From Azolla caroliniana (Eukaryota; Plantae; Polypodiophyta): a stretch of 64,000 bases of DNA. The DNA lies in NCBI GenBank assembly GCA_043228905.1, contig JBHGNT010000008.1, forward strand, positions 3,286,001-3,350,000. The letters run 5' to 3'. The notes below the pieces were generated by a model. The model ran no database searches. It was not told the DNA's origin and saw only the letters and a list, made by a program, of their open reading frames with translations. Of this stretch, positions 1 to 13,642 are shown piece by piece; position 1 is the stretch's first letter; each line of letters opens with the position of its first letter. Both the position numbers and the translations under genes were made by a program.

Positions 1-1861
1 GAAAAAAGGTGATAAATATAAATGTAAATGTATGGCTCCGTGAAATAAAAAGAGAGTTTGCTATATACTAATTGAAAAAATTCCAAAAACCATACTAAAG
101 AGAGAATGATACATGCCCAAAGAAAATATAGTTGAAATAATTTCATCGATGTTTTGCACTTCCAAAAGGAAATTTGGGTTGTGTAGGAGTTTAGGTGCTC
201 TGTTATCGTTAAAAAACAATCTTAAACCTATCATGGTACTTGTACTAAAGTTGAGGATTCATGATGCTATTTAGGTGAAAGGAGGACTTGGAATGACAGC
301 ATCTCATTGGGCGGGTTGCATTTTTTGAATCGATGGGCTTTGGTGAACCATGTACCAGATTGAAAAAGCATTATAAATACACCATCTTGTAAGTGTATTT
401 TTCAGCTAAATTAAAGTCTCATCATTTAAAAACTTTAGTAACTAGTAACTAATTAGATTATCAGATCATGTGATGGTTGCATAGAAAACAATGTTGCATC
501 CCCATTGAGAATGAAGAAATACGTCTAAAGAGCAAATAGCACGTTCCTTTTGGTATTGTAGGCAAATTTTTATTTGTGAACACGTGGTCATCAAACAGCT
601 AGTTGCATTTAGTACACTACACGATATGGAAAGGATATACAATGCAAATTATGGGTCGGCTGTTGTCAAGATTGAGCATCTTCGATTAGATGTAGTGTCA
701 AACGAGTGATTACAAATTCCTCTGCTTTTAATGAACCACATAAAGCCTCATTTCATCTGGGTCTAGACAAAAATGCAAAAGAAATAATGCTATATTAATG
801 ATATCCTATGTTCAGCAATTCCCCAAGGTAATCCTTGTTTTGTGAGAATTTTGGATCTTGGATAGTCAAAATTCCTAACTATTCTCTGATGTTCAAGTTG
901 GCATTCTCATAGATTGTGGCATCAGGCTATTTACTTAGGTGCAGCAACATAGGAACCCACCTTGTATTTAACTGAGGTTAGTGTGAGAGGCATGAATTAT
1001 AAGGACATCAATTATGCATACAATGCTAACCAGGGCTAGGTAGGCGATTTCTTCTTGAAGAGCTGTCTCTATATGATTTCACAATATTTACCTCTTCCAT
1101 AGAAGGTGCTATGCTCATGTGAAATGTTAATGTTGAGAAGCTATCCAAAGTACTAGATGCAAATAAGCTATTACAAAGATCAGAAACTAAAGCATTTGAG
1201 AAACAAAAAAGACAAAGAATGAGAGCTGTTTTTTTTTTCTGATTCGTCAAAAAACTGACTGTGTAATCAAGGCAATCAAGGCATACCTTGTGCAGCCAAT
1301 GTATTTCATGCATTCCCATCTGTATATATATGTATCTATTCAGCCACCTTCATACCATCTCTTAATTGGGCACGAGCTGAAACAATCCCACGTTAAAGGG
1401 TGTCTTTCCCCCCTTTTGTCTAGTTTCATTTTTTGGGTAGGACGAACATATGTGAATTAGGGGAAATCTTGCAGATCCATCGTATTTGCCTTTCTCAAAA
1501 TCCCACATTCATGCATGTTATCCAACTTTCCTGAATCATCAGAGCATTTCCCCCATGGATCAAAAAGTTAGTTGGCAAGCCTATTGAAATAGCAGCTTAA
1601 ATATATAGCCATTGATGATACATACTATATGTGACATCTTCCACAAATATATGTCAAAAACCAAGCTTCCAACGAATATTAATCTCCTTAATTGGCTAGG
1701 ATTTGTAGGTGTCGGTTTTCTATACAAAGAAGTTATAGCGTGATTGCTAACATATCATTTTTGAAACGATCATTTTAGACATTTCAGTTTTTCGTTTGTT
1801 TAATCTCAGGTAGAAATAGTGTCCATCAGCTATTCAGGGAGCATCTCACTTGACCCATCAT

Positions 1862-2782
1862 TTAAAGAGGCATGAGATTGAGAAAATTCAAAAGATGTTT
1901 TTAAGGAGGCAATTAGGAGTTAAATGCACTACCTCTTACCAGGTTATGCTCTTGGAAACAGGTGTCCGGCCCATAGAAATATTGGCACTTCAAAGAGTAT
2001 ATAGATACATTACAAAGGTCAAGAATACGTTGAATCATTTGATTACCACATATTGCTTGGAAGGTTGGATGTAAGCTACAAAAGAATCATAAAAGTAAAA
2101 TTCTCTCATCCGGTTGGGCTGTTGACATAAGAAAATGGTTTAGAAGATGGGTGTGTGGATGATCTTTTAGAGCTTTCAAGTGATACTATGTAGTATTTAA
2201 TTATTGAGGAAAGGCTGGTGGAATCATTAAGGATGAAGTGGGAAGATGCTAAGAGGACAAAGCTAGAATACTACATTGCAAATGTCAACCTTGAATGTCG
2301 GTCTCAATATAAAGCAAGAATGCCTATTGATCGTATCAAACCTTATCTCATTACCAATATGAGTTGTAATGCTCGTAGAGCCCTTACACTACTTCGCACT
2401 AGATCTCACAAGTTAGGTATTGAAGTTGCACCATGGTATCAAAATGTAACGAATTTGAAGGCTTGTAAAGTATGCAATGAAGGCACGGTAGAGGATGAAT
2501 GTCACTTGCTCTTCACATGCTCGGCATATAGTACAATTCGTTCAAGATATGGTAGCATACTAAGAGGGAGTGATAACTCTAAGTGTCATACTTAAGACAC
2601 CACCTAGAAGGTTGAGCTAATATGTGTATGCTTTATTCACGCATAGAGGCTTTGTTCTTCAATGTACGAATACCCCTTTTTAGGAAGGAGACACATATCA
2701 AGAAAACATGCATACTTTGGTCCCATAGGTCAAAATTGTCCTCTTTATGGATGATAAAAATTCTAATTCTAATTCTAATTCT
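1862..2782 (+). mobile_element. 5'-truncated, decayed non-LTR retrotransposon (RTE-X-like LINE): 3' part of ORF2 plus (ATTCTA)n tail
   Basis: Broken ORFs read HEIEKIQKMFLRRQLGVK..MLLETG and LRTRSHKLGIE..CKVCNEGTVEDECHLLFTCSAYSTIR, the C-terminal CxxC..EDExH..C motif of RTE-X/L2-type LINEs. The element ends in a tandem ATTCTA tail at about 2760-2782. The clade is inferred. Confidence 0.75.
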
Positions 2783-4020
2783 TAGGTGGTTTTGGATGAG
2801 CATAAGATTCATCTCGTGGTGATGTATAGCTTCCTATATGTATCTCCCTTGGCATCAATATTTGAGTGTTGTTTTTTGCCCAGTTTAGTTTTTAACCCTA
2901 GTTACTTTGATTGGGCACTCCAAAGAAGACTCCATGGAAACCCCATTGAAAAAACCGCACGGATGATAATGGGTCTTTTAGAGTATTGTACATTAGTCTA
3001 CCATACTCTAGAATCCCCCTTGCGATCCTCTCACTCTACTTATACTATATTCCCACTAAATTGTTGATCATATTTTAACAGTTGAATAAAAGTGCATAAT
3101 GTAGTAAGTATACAGTCCTTTGGCTGATAGGAATGAAAAATATAGCAATAGAGAGTTCGTACAGTTGTAGGTCAATAAGCAATGTTGTCTCATAAAGACC
3201 AAAAGGTCATCCATTGGACCCTTACAACGTATAATGATATCTAGTAAAGAGAACACATACCGAGATTTGAATCGAGGTGTATGGGTTAGCGAAAGCATGG
3301 CTTACTAAAAAAACAGCACAATGGCAAACAAGAGTGCTGACCCTAGTTTGTACCCATGTTGGAGATCTTTCAAAAGTAGTCGTATCTCCCATTTGTTTCA
3401 TTTAAAAACAACAAAATGGCAAACATAGTGTTATTTCAATTTGACTCCACACACCCTCCAATAGCACAATTGGCAGATCTGTGCTTCTGTATCTTTGTGT
3501 GCGCATCTACGTTATGTCAAATTCTAACTGATGTAATGAGGTATTGAGCTACCCTATCACACTCTGGAGTGCATGAGAGAGAAAAGGAGATAAAGGATAG
3601 AGACATAGTTCACATGGTCGAGTTTGGTAACTACATTTGGACCTTCATGTAAGCTACTTAGATTTTGTTTACAAGAGTTATCAGTCTTTGCACGATGGAA
3701 CATGTTGATGCATCTTTAATGCTTCTACTTTGGCTTGTTTCATTGTCTTAGATATGGGGCCCATAACTAAGAAACAGAACGCTTTTCTTCTTTACCCTTG
3801 CGAATAATACACTCGCCAATCGCAAGGCTCTTTACTTGCAGAAGTTCTTCCTTCCTTGCAATCATTTTGGGATGTCGACGCCCAGGAGGTCACTTTCCAT
3901 CATGTGATTTGGGAGCATATTCATTACACGAGTTCCCACACTCATGACATTGCTTAACTTGATTGGCATGTGTGGTGTCTTCATAATGCTATCGTGACAT
4001 GTGACCTTATCCTTAGTGAT

Positions 4021-4089
4021 ATACATACATACATACACACACACATACATACATACACACACACATACATACATACATACATACATACA

Positions 4090-4118
<29 letters not shown>
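4021..4118. repeat. (TACA)n/(CA)n microsatellite
   Basis: Directly visible run of ATAC and AC units. Confidence 0.95.
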
Positions 4119-4121
<3 letters not shown>

Positions 4122-4620
4122 GATATCGATACGATACCTATGGTTGAGTCGAGCTGAATTGTGCGGCACGATAGATTAGATATCCAGACAAGTGGAGTTT
4201 GTGTGATTGTCATGATATTGCAATGGGGACGATGTTAGAGTGTCAATTGCCATCCGAAGCGCGATGCGGAGTCATCATTGGTGATGCGGGCATGTGATCC
4301 GAAGTCGAGATCGGGGTAAGAGAGAGACGTGGTCCGATAACAAACTCTCGGATCGATGAGGGGAGGAGCCATTCATTCATTTCCGGAAGGAAGATGGCCG
4401 AGAAAATCGATCAGCCGAGAGAGAGCAGGGGAGGAGGTAAGAGGGACATAGCCAAGAAAAAAGAACATAGACATATATGTATGTACATACATACTATACT
4501 GTATATGTACATACAGTGTATGGAAGAAGAGGCAGGGGAAAAACAGAGAGAAATGATAGGAAGAGATGGAGCAGAAGAAGAAATATATTACCTGAAAGAA
4601 GAAGAGAAAAGCTGCAGGAA

Positions 4621-7600
4621 ATGAACACAAAACCCCGAACTGAAAGTGCTCTGCCTCTACCTCTGCTTTCTTCTTCTTCTTCTTCTTCTTCAAAGGAAGC
4701 TTCTGTTCTTCTCCCACCGCCATCGCTGCTCCTTCCCTCTCCTCCTCCTCCTCCTCTTCTCTCTAGCATGAAGTATGTCCCTGTTTCTCAGCTGTATACT
4801 ACTAGCCCCCCCCCTCCCCCGGCTTCACCCCGCTTCTGTTCCCGCCATCGCATACCCGCTTCTCAACCCCTTCTCTCCTCAGCTCAGATAGAAGAGGAAG
4901 CGCAGGGAGAAGACGACGACGACGACGAAGGATCAAACAGAGGAGGAGGAGGAGTAGGAGGAGGAGAAGACGACTATGCTAGTTCTCTGGCGGGAGCTTC
5001 TCGGGTAGAATGTCGAAATAACGCCACCAAAAGGTGTTCGCAGAGACGGAAGAAAGATCTGACAGAGATCCGAGGTAGAGGTAGGTTTCTTCAGGCTCAG
5101 AAGAAAAACAAGTATACCAATAAGAAGGATACGATGGTGATGAAGAAGAAGATCAAGGAAATGCCCAGAAGTGCGAGAGACAAAGATATCCATGGTGGAT
5201 CCGCTGAAGATCAGCAGATAGAGGTAAGCCTCGATTCTTCGTCAATCGATCTCTCTTTGCCCCAGAAAGGAATGGCCATGGATAGGCAGCTCCTATCAGA
5301 CGCAGAGAATTCAGAGGTTTTGGCTCGAACTCGAACTCGAACTCGAACTCAGGAAGAAGAAGAAGAAGAGGGGGAAGAAATAAGTAATCAACGAGACTTT
5401 TCAACTCAGAAAGAGAAGGACGCGGAGGGAAATTCTGAGGTTTCAACTCGGACTAGGGACAAAGAAGGAGAAGAAACCATAAAGCATAGAGCGAAAAAGA
5501 AGAATGTTGATGGGTTCTTCTCAGGATCAGGGAGTTTTGAGGTTTTGGCTCAGTCTGTAGTTCAAGGAGGAATAAACAATCAAAGAGGCGCTTTTTCGCA
5601 TGAACCTAAGAGTTTTGATAAGTTCCTATCCAAAGCAGAGAATTCTGAAGTTTCAGCACGAATTGGAGAGGAAGGAGTTGAAGCCATAAATCAAAGAGGT
5701 TTTTCAGCTGAGAAAGAGAAGAATGTTAATGGTGTTCTATCCAAAGAAGGGAATTCTGAAGTTTTGATTCGAATTCCAGATAAGAAATGCGAAGTGGTAA
5801 GCAATCAAAGAGATTCTTTAGCTCAGATATCAGGGAATTCTGAGGTTTCATCTCAAACTCTTGAAGGAGTAAGAAATCAAAAAGGCCTTTTCACTCAGAA
5901 AGAGGATAATGTCACTGGGTTCCTATTGGAAACTGAGAACTCTAAGCTTTCGGCTCGAAGTATTGAAGAAGAAGCAGAAGGCAGAACGAATCAAAGTTAC
6001 CCTCTGCATCATTGTAAGAGAGCAACTCGTGCTGATGCAAAATCTGATATGAATGTAAACCAGCAAACAGTTCTTGTATATGACACACATGAGGATGCCC
6101 CTACAGAATGTTCCAGACCATTGAGCTCACCACCAAAAGACTCCAATGAAGGTAGTTTCTTTGCTCTCTTAGATAATCATCATAAGTTATTATATTATTG
6201 TGATATCTTTATGTTAAAATGAATATAATGAAGACCATAGGGTTTCCCATTACTCTCCAGGTAATAATCATTTACTATCACGTCACTGTGATATCCGTTG
6301 TGTTGGAAATGGATCTATTGAAGATCATGAAAGGTATCCTGTTGGAGAAATAGAACATTTCTACAAGAGGCGGTGCAAGCAGGCACGGATACAGGGAGTG
6401 GAGAGTCCTAGTACATTAACTACATTTGAAAGTAGAAATCAGATATTTTCTTCAACTGCATTTGAAGACACTAATACGGATGAAAACATGAAAGATGCTT
6501 GTGCAGATGAGAATAAACTGAATTTCCCATTGAAATCAGAGACCAAAAAAACTAGTGGGTCAACAAAAAACTCCTCAAGGTGGTCTAGAGAGCTTATGAA
6601 TCTGATCACACATGGGTGCCTTATAAACGAGAAGAGTGGAGATGGAGTTGATCCTTCTTTTCCAAAGAGAAATAAGAGGAAGCTGCAGAAAGAGGATCAT
6701 TGTATCTCTCGAAAGCGTCCTCGGCTCGACTCTGTTTCTACCCATGATGCAAAGATATCATATAAAGAAGGTCAACCTAAGTGGAGGAAGTATGTTTCCA
6801 TTTTAACTGCCTACAATCTCATACATTTTTATATTCAGTTTTGAGACATACATGTGTAAAACTTTGTACATCGTAAAGTTGAAAGATAAATCAAGAGATC
6901 ATTTTAAACTTCCAGACTGACAAGGCTAGTCTGACACAGGGTTCAAGTTTCGTTTGTCTACTTTTATTTTGTTAAAGTAGGTTTTACCTTAAAGTTTTTC
7001 AGCACAGATTCCTGAGAGAAGCCTCAATAGAATTTCTGTAAGCAGCCAAATGCAAGGAAAAGACAAAATGTTGCTTGGTCCTTGTCTGCCATCTCTCAGT
7101 CGTGTTACAAGCATTTTGAGCAGCCTATAGTGTATCAACAGCAGTGCAGAATATCTGGTCCAGTATGATTAGCGTAGTAAAAAAACAATGGCCATTGTTT
7201 TCCATCCCTTCTGATGCTTACTGTCTCGTCTCTTCTTTAAAATATTATTATTATAATAATTATAAATTGTATATATATTCTTTCTAGGATCTTGCACACA
7301 TGGATTACTGCATGAGGAAATAGGATATAAATCCTTTCTGGCATCTGGAAGTATTCTTTCTGTAATTAAGATTCACACTTAGAGATCTTGGAAAATTTTA
7401 CTGAACCTAGAATGTTGACTATCAGAACACTGCCACATGTGCTAGATATATAGTAGTGGTAATAACAAAAAAGATATTTTATGTCTCACTACTTTCAGAT
7501 CTACTTTATTCTCGTCTCTCTACAGACGTGCTTATGCCATGTTTAACTCTTGTTGTTTTGTGCAGTGTAAATACTGTTTCTGCAGAGCCAACTGTGTTGA

Positions 7601-10600
7601 TTGGTTGTAAATGCAAGGTTCAGCTCTCATTATTTTGGCTTTTGTTGTGATGTACTTTGATTGTTGGTTGCACTGTACATTCAAATTTTATTCATTATTA
7701 ATGCAGGTATATTGGCCAGATGACAAGGATTGGTATACAGGTGTCATTAGTAAATATGATGCAGAGACCGGAAGGCATCGCGTACGATTCATTTTACTTG
7801 TTTACTTTAATTCTTGTATTCTCTATTTATTTTTGGAGTAAATTTTTTTCCGAAAGAAGTTATGACATAAGAAATGCTGCTAATATAAGTGCATGTGCAG
7901 GTTGATTATGAGGATGGGGAGCACGAAGAACTCATTCTCGCAAAAGAGCTGGTGAGACTTCATCTGACTGAAGAGGAAATGGCAGGGAGAAATTTGCTGT
8001 CTAGTGGTGAGACAGAGGAAAGTAAGAACCGGGAGTACCAGGAAATGACTGCATTGGCAACTGTATTTGAGGATTATCAAGAAGAATTTGGGCATGGTGA
8101 AATTGTATGGGCAAAAATTAAAGGTATTACCAATTTGATTCGTTGTCTCTTGTTTCTCATCAATTTTAAATAGGGTTGGAGAGCACGTGTCATATTTAAC
8201 CTTATTGGAAATAGTGCTCATGTAAGTTACCTATTCAACATTTCTGCCATTTCTTCTTCATTCATCTTCTTTCAGAATATCTCATCTATGTATACATGTT
8301 AACCTTCTTTTTTGTGATTTTTGCACTCCCGTTTTTTCTTTACCTTGCCTTCTGAATATGTATAGGTACTAGGTGGGCGCTGTGTTAAGATGTATAGAAG
8401 TGACTATATCCACTGCTAGTTCACAAAATCGAGTAAAAGAATGGTTCATGTTCTTCTGAGCCAAATCCGATTGTTTCCTGCACATGAATAGTTCTGCTTT
8501 TATATCTAGGATGTGGATTTTGCTTCAAACTCATGATAATCAATCAATCATAGGATCCAATAGATCAATAAGACTTGAGAGAGAATCAGACCTATGTACA
8601 TACGCATGCACACATACATACACACACGTACGTCCACACATATAGACATTAATTGCAAGTATAGTTTAAAAGAAAGGCTTGTATATCTAGAAAATGTAGG
8701 GGCCTCGAAGGTTTCCAGAGGTACAAGCATAAAATCAATTTAGTTCCTATGTCATGTAGAAGTGGATTCAGGCATATATGTCGAATTATGGGCTGCTTTA
8801 TTGTGATGTAGATGCTTGGGAGATCCCTGAAAAGCATTTTCAAATAATTTCTGATTTGCATATGGATTTTCTGTTAAGGTAGGTCATCCTATGTGGCCTG
8901 CCTTTGTGATGGACGAGGAACATGCAAATGCATGTGGATTGGATCCGCCTATCCGAGAATGCAGTCTTCCATTACAATTCTTTGGCAGTTATGATTATGC
9001 GAGGTGAGATGCATCATCTAGGAAGAACTTCTTTTGCTAATTTCATATTAATTAAGATGCTCCGAGTGTTGTATATTGATATCCTTATGAATGTTATATT
9101 TCATTGTTGAAGCACAATTAAAATACTAATTGCATTAGTAATCACTGTTGCATGACTTGAAGAATAAGCTCCAAGAATGCTATTTCTTTTTCGGAAGGCT
9201 TATTACGCAAGCTATATTCAAAATGTAAGAAAGTGGCTTTTGACCAAGCACTCAAGGAATCAGAAAGGTAAGATTTTGAGTGAACTAAGGGAAACATAAC
9301 TCACTTCTGTTTTTATGACATATGAGTCTCATTAATGATGCATTTTGTTCTACCAGGTACATGAAGGAGGGTAAACTTCCAGATATGATGTCATCGTTGC
9401 AAGAGGAAGTGAATAACTCTATTCAAAATGAGAAACAGGATGAAACAAGTGAAGAAGATGAGAACTTCATTGGTGATGAGCAGAGCTATAAAGTAAAAAA
9501 AGGTGTTCATAACCTTGTTACATTTCCGATTGACTTGGGAGATCTTAAGGTTTTGAACTTGGGGAAAATTGTGAGAGACTCGGAAAATTTCCACACCGAG
9601 AATCAGATCTGGACTGAAGGCTATACTGCTGTTCGTAGGTTTCCTTCAATTAAGGGTGAGTTTTAGATCTCATAAAATTCCATGCGAGTATATCTTATTG
9701 CCTCTTTCTTAGAATTGGATAAGGAACTATTGTATGCAGACCCGGGCAAACTAGCCAACTATGAAATGGAGGTAACCAAGGATCCTAATGACAGGACAAG
9801 GCCACTGTTCTTTATAACTTTCGATGATAATGAGCTGGTAATGACTTGTGATTATTATTATTTTAGAAATAAATCTAGCCAATGTCTTCTATTTCTGACC
9901 TCTGCTCTGATATTTTTATAAATTTGGATTGCAGGTGGAAGGATCCACTCCATCTAGTTGCTGGAGAATCATATATCAAAAACTAGACAAAATCAGGGAA
10001 AGATTGGGATTGCATCCTGACAGGAAACGACATCCAGGAGAATTTATGTTTGGGTTTACCAATCCACAGATATCAAAACTCATTCAGGCATTTATCTTGC
10101 TATTGTTCTTTTTAATGAACCAGATAGTTTGGTTGATGAAGCACATCATCAATAGCCATTTCAAGATGTCTTGAGCATGTGGTGATTATTCTCCTGTGAT
10201 AATGCAGGCATTGCCTTATGCAAGAGCATGCTTCAAATTCACTGGATGGTTTGACAAAAAGCCCACAGATTACTTGGAACAACTAATGCCAGCAGGTTAT
10301 AAACCTATCGAAGTAGATTGGAAGCATGCTGATAGGTGCGGGGTTTGTGGTCTTGACGAGGTAAAGCTTCTTCACATACCAAGTCAACGGTTTCCTCCAG
10401 CATAGGTTGTTTTATCATACATTTTTGGTATGTTTCAGGAATACACGAATAACCTCTTCTTGCAGTGTGATAAATGCCGGATTCTGGTGATTTATTATTC
10501 TGTTTTTAAGAATTTGTATATACTCTTATCAAGATATTGTTCAATAATAGAGTGAAAATTTACAGGTTCATATGCACTGTTATGGGGAATCTGAACCACC

Positions 10601-13600
10601 AAATGGGCATTTATGGTTGTGCCAACTTTGTCGTCCAGGAGCTCCAGCAAAGAGTCCTCTATGTTGTCTTTGTCCGGTCCAAGGTTTGTAAAGTAGGGAA
10701 TTGTTTTGCTACATTATGGTTTAATTCCTGCCAGATTCACATGCAATTTGAACATGTGCAAATACTTCCTATCATTGGATGCATCAAACTCTAGGTTTAT
10801 GCTTGCCAGCCCTTTATGCGTAGTCCTGTTTTCCACAATAATATAGCCAAATCAAGTTTTAAGACTATAGTAATCCTATGGTATGTAATTGCGCTAAGGT
10901 ACTTGACTGTGACAGGAGGAGCCATGAAGAGGACAACTGATGGCCGTTGGGCACACCTTACTTGTGCCATGTGGATTCCAGGTATATCGATCTTCATCTG
11001 AGATTTTTTTTATTTTTTTTTGCTACTCAGCATCCTGCTCATTTGGGTTTTCTTCTTAAACTTCAGAGACATGTTTTGTGGATGTTAAACAAATGGAACC
11101 CATTGATGGGCTAAAATCAATCAATAAGGTAAAATGTGTATTTAGTAACGTTATGTGCTACTATTAGATATTGATTTGTGTTGCATGATCATGGGTTTGT
11201 ATGCAGTAAGTTGGAGCAATAGAAGGGATTGATTATAACTTCAATCAGATTTTGGTTGCTGCATTTGCATTTATATTTTCTCATCTTCCTTTGTCTGTCT
11301 GTGTCTACTCTTCAGGAAAGGTGGAAACTGACATGCAATATTTGCAAGGTACCTTATGGAGTCTGTATACAGGTCAGTTTCGAATGCTTCTTTTTTCAAT
11401 TATTAATGGTTTCCTTATTCTCATCTCTTTAATATCATTTGCAGTGTTCTGAGCCAACTTGCTATGCTGCATTTCATGTGCTTTGTGCCAGGTCATCTGG
11501 CTTTGTTCTTGAGGTATAAATAACATCTCAGTGCTAGTTCAAATATTATTATATGGCACTTAATCAATCTTTATGTTGAGTTTTGAGTCTGCAGTCGTTA
11601 TAACAATTGTGCTATCCAATTTGATGGCCCCTTCTTGATATTCTTGTACAGAGTGATTGGTCTCATATGCATCTATATGTCAAATCTTTATAGTCTTGTT
11701 ATGCTTAGCAGCATACCGAAGAGCATAGCTATCATCTCTACTTTTATAGGATAACGTGGCTCATGACCTCTTGATTGTATTATGTCTCTATTTTGTGGGT
11801 TTCAACCTTTATTGACATAACCTATCATAATATAATTGTATTACCAAAAAGCTGAGAATACACATACAGGTTTTGGAGGATCCATCTCATAAGCACAGGG
11901 CTAATCATGAGGAAGTCGACCATCCTGTTCAGCTCTTATCATATTGTAGGAAGCATCGGCAACCCAAAGTAGACAGGGAGCAACTGATCTCTACTATGAA
12001 ACAGGATATTGATGGTGGTTATGACTATTGCCCGCCTAAAAACATTTCTGGCTGTGCTCGAACAGGTAAATACTTGAACCGCTGGCAAGAAAAATCAGGC
12101 ATTAATTTCAGTGGGAAGTTTAAATTATAATGTGTTCTGCTGGATGTGATAGAACCCTACAATGGTGCCACAAGGCGGGGTCGCCAAGAACCCGAGGTGA
12201 GAGCAGCTGCATCTGCAAAGAGATTGTATGTTGAAAAAATGCCATACAAAGTAGGTGGGTTCTCTAGATGGGCTCAGAGTGATTCAGATATTTCCCGGAA
12301 GTTTTCTCAATATGCCTTTCAAGCAAGACAGTTGCAAACAAGAAGAACATTGTTAAATGAGGGGGATCCCAAAGTTGTGATACCTAGAATAAAGAAAAAT
12401 GAACCTGAGGATTCCTTGAGTGTTTATTCTGTAGCTGACAAGTACCATCACATGTGTTCCTCAATGAAGCATAGGCTAACTTTTGGTGAGTTGTTTTGCC
12501 ATCAAGAAAACGTTGTGCAAAGAGTTTCTGCAATCATCTAGTGATTAACTTTTTGATTTTCCATTTTCAAGGAAAATCAGCAATCCATGGATGGGGAGTT
12601 TTCACAAAGCAAAACCATCGAGCAGGAGATATGGTATGGCCTCACACAAATAAATACTTTGTACACACTGTTTTTTAACATAAACTGATCTTTCCATTTG
12701 CTTTGATCATTTTAATAGGTCATAGAATATGCTGGTGAAATGGTTCGACCCATAGTAGCTGATTTACGAGAAAGATATATTTACAACACATTGGTGGTAG
12801 GATCTAGGTTCATATTGCTTTTTCACTGTTCTAAAAGCTATTCAACTTATTACTTGAAGAAAAACTGTGTTAATTCAGGGTGCAGGCACATATATGTTTC
12901 GAATAGATGATGAACATGTTGTCGATGCTACACGTGGGGGGAGCATTGCACATTTGATCAACCATTCTTGTGAAGTATGTTGTCATCATCTGTCTTCATG
13001 GCTAAAAGTTTTCTAATATATAGAGCTTACCTGATATATATGTGTTTTGGAAGCCAAATTGTTTCTCGAGGGTTGTGACAATCGACAGTGAAGAACATAT
13101 CATCATATTTGCAAAAAGAGACATAGAAGAAGGAGAGGAGCTAAGTTATGACTACAGGTCCGTATCTTATGTTCTCATCTATCTTTCCTTGTATATCCTG
13201 TGTTTTGTAATTGCATCTGGATGCAATTTCTATTCTATTGTGCAATGTTAAGCTTCGTGATATGAGGAATAGTTATCATATGAGCAGAGTTTTGTTTTTT
13301 CTTTTTCTTGTGCACTTCTATATCTGGCCCTATTGATTATGCAAAATAATGTGAGCTAATGGTGCATTTATTGTTTATGTATGTAGAGTTCATTTTGTAT
13401 AAAATCTGTGTAAAATATGCATCCATCTGTGTAAATTTTGTTGCCAAGAAATTCTCTTTGTTGCTTGTCTTAACTCTTCTTCATCAAACAGATTTACATC
13501 GAAGGGTGAACAGTTGGAATGTTTTTGTGGTTTCCCATCATGTCGAGGTTTTGTGAATGTTGACACTGCTGATGAGGATCAAGGAAAGATTCGGGTACCT

Positions 13601-13642
13601 TGCAATGAAATCGTTGCATGGATTCCCCCAACCTGCATATAA
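4621..13642 (+). CDS. ATX2: ATX1/ATX2-like Trithorax histone H3K4 methyltransferase, about 24 exons (Tudor, PWWP, FYRN/FYRC, PHD, ePHD, SET, post-SET)
   Basis: Spliced exons give: Tudor [21 protein letters not shown]; [18 protein letters not shown]; [20 protein letters not shown]; FYRC TPSSCW..GEFMFGF; [30 protein letters not shown]; e[24 protein letters not shown]; [39 protein letters not shown]; post-[13 protein letters not shown]. Stop TAA at 13640-13642. The start codon is uncertain (4477, 4621 or 4768). ATX1 versus ATX2 orthology cannot be resolved. Confidence 0.93.

Noticed and set aside
200-900. Possible L1 remnant (KGGLGM..LNRWAL on the + strand)
   Set aside because: Only one short motif and no continuous frame; too decayed to support.
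3862-4213. ORFs reading MYVCMYVC (also 21913-22183)
   Set aside because: Translation artefacts of (TACA)n microsatellites.
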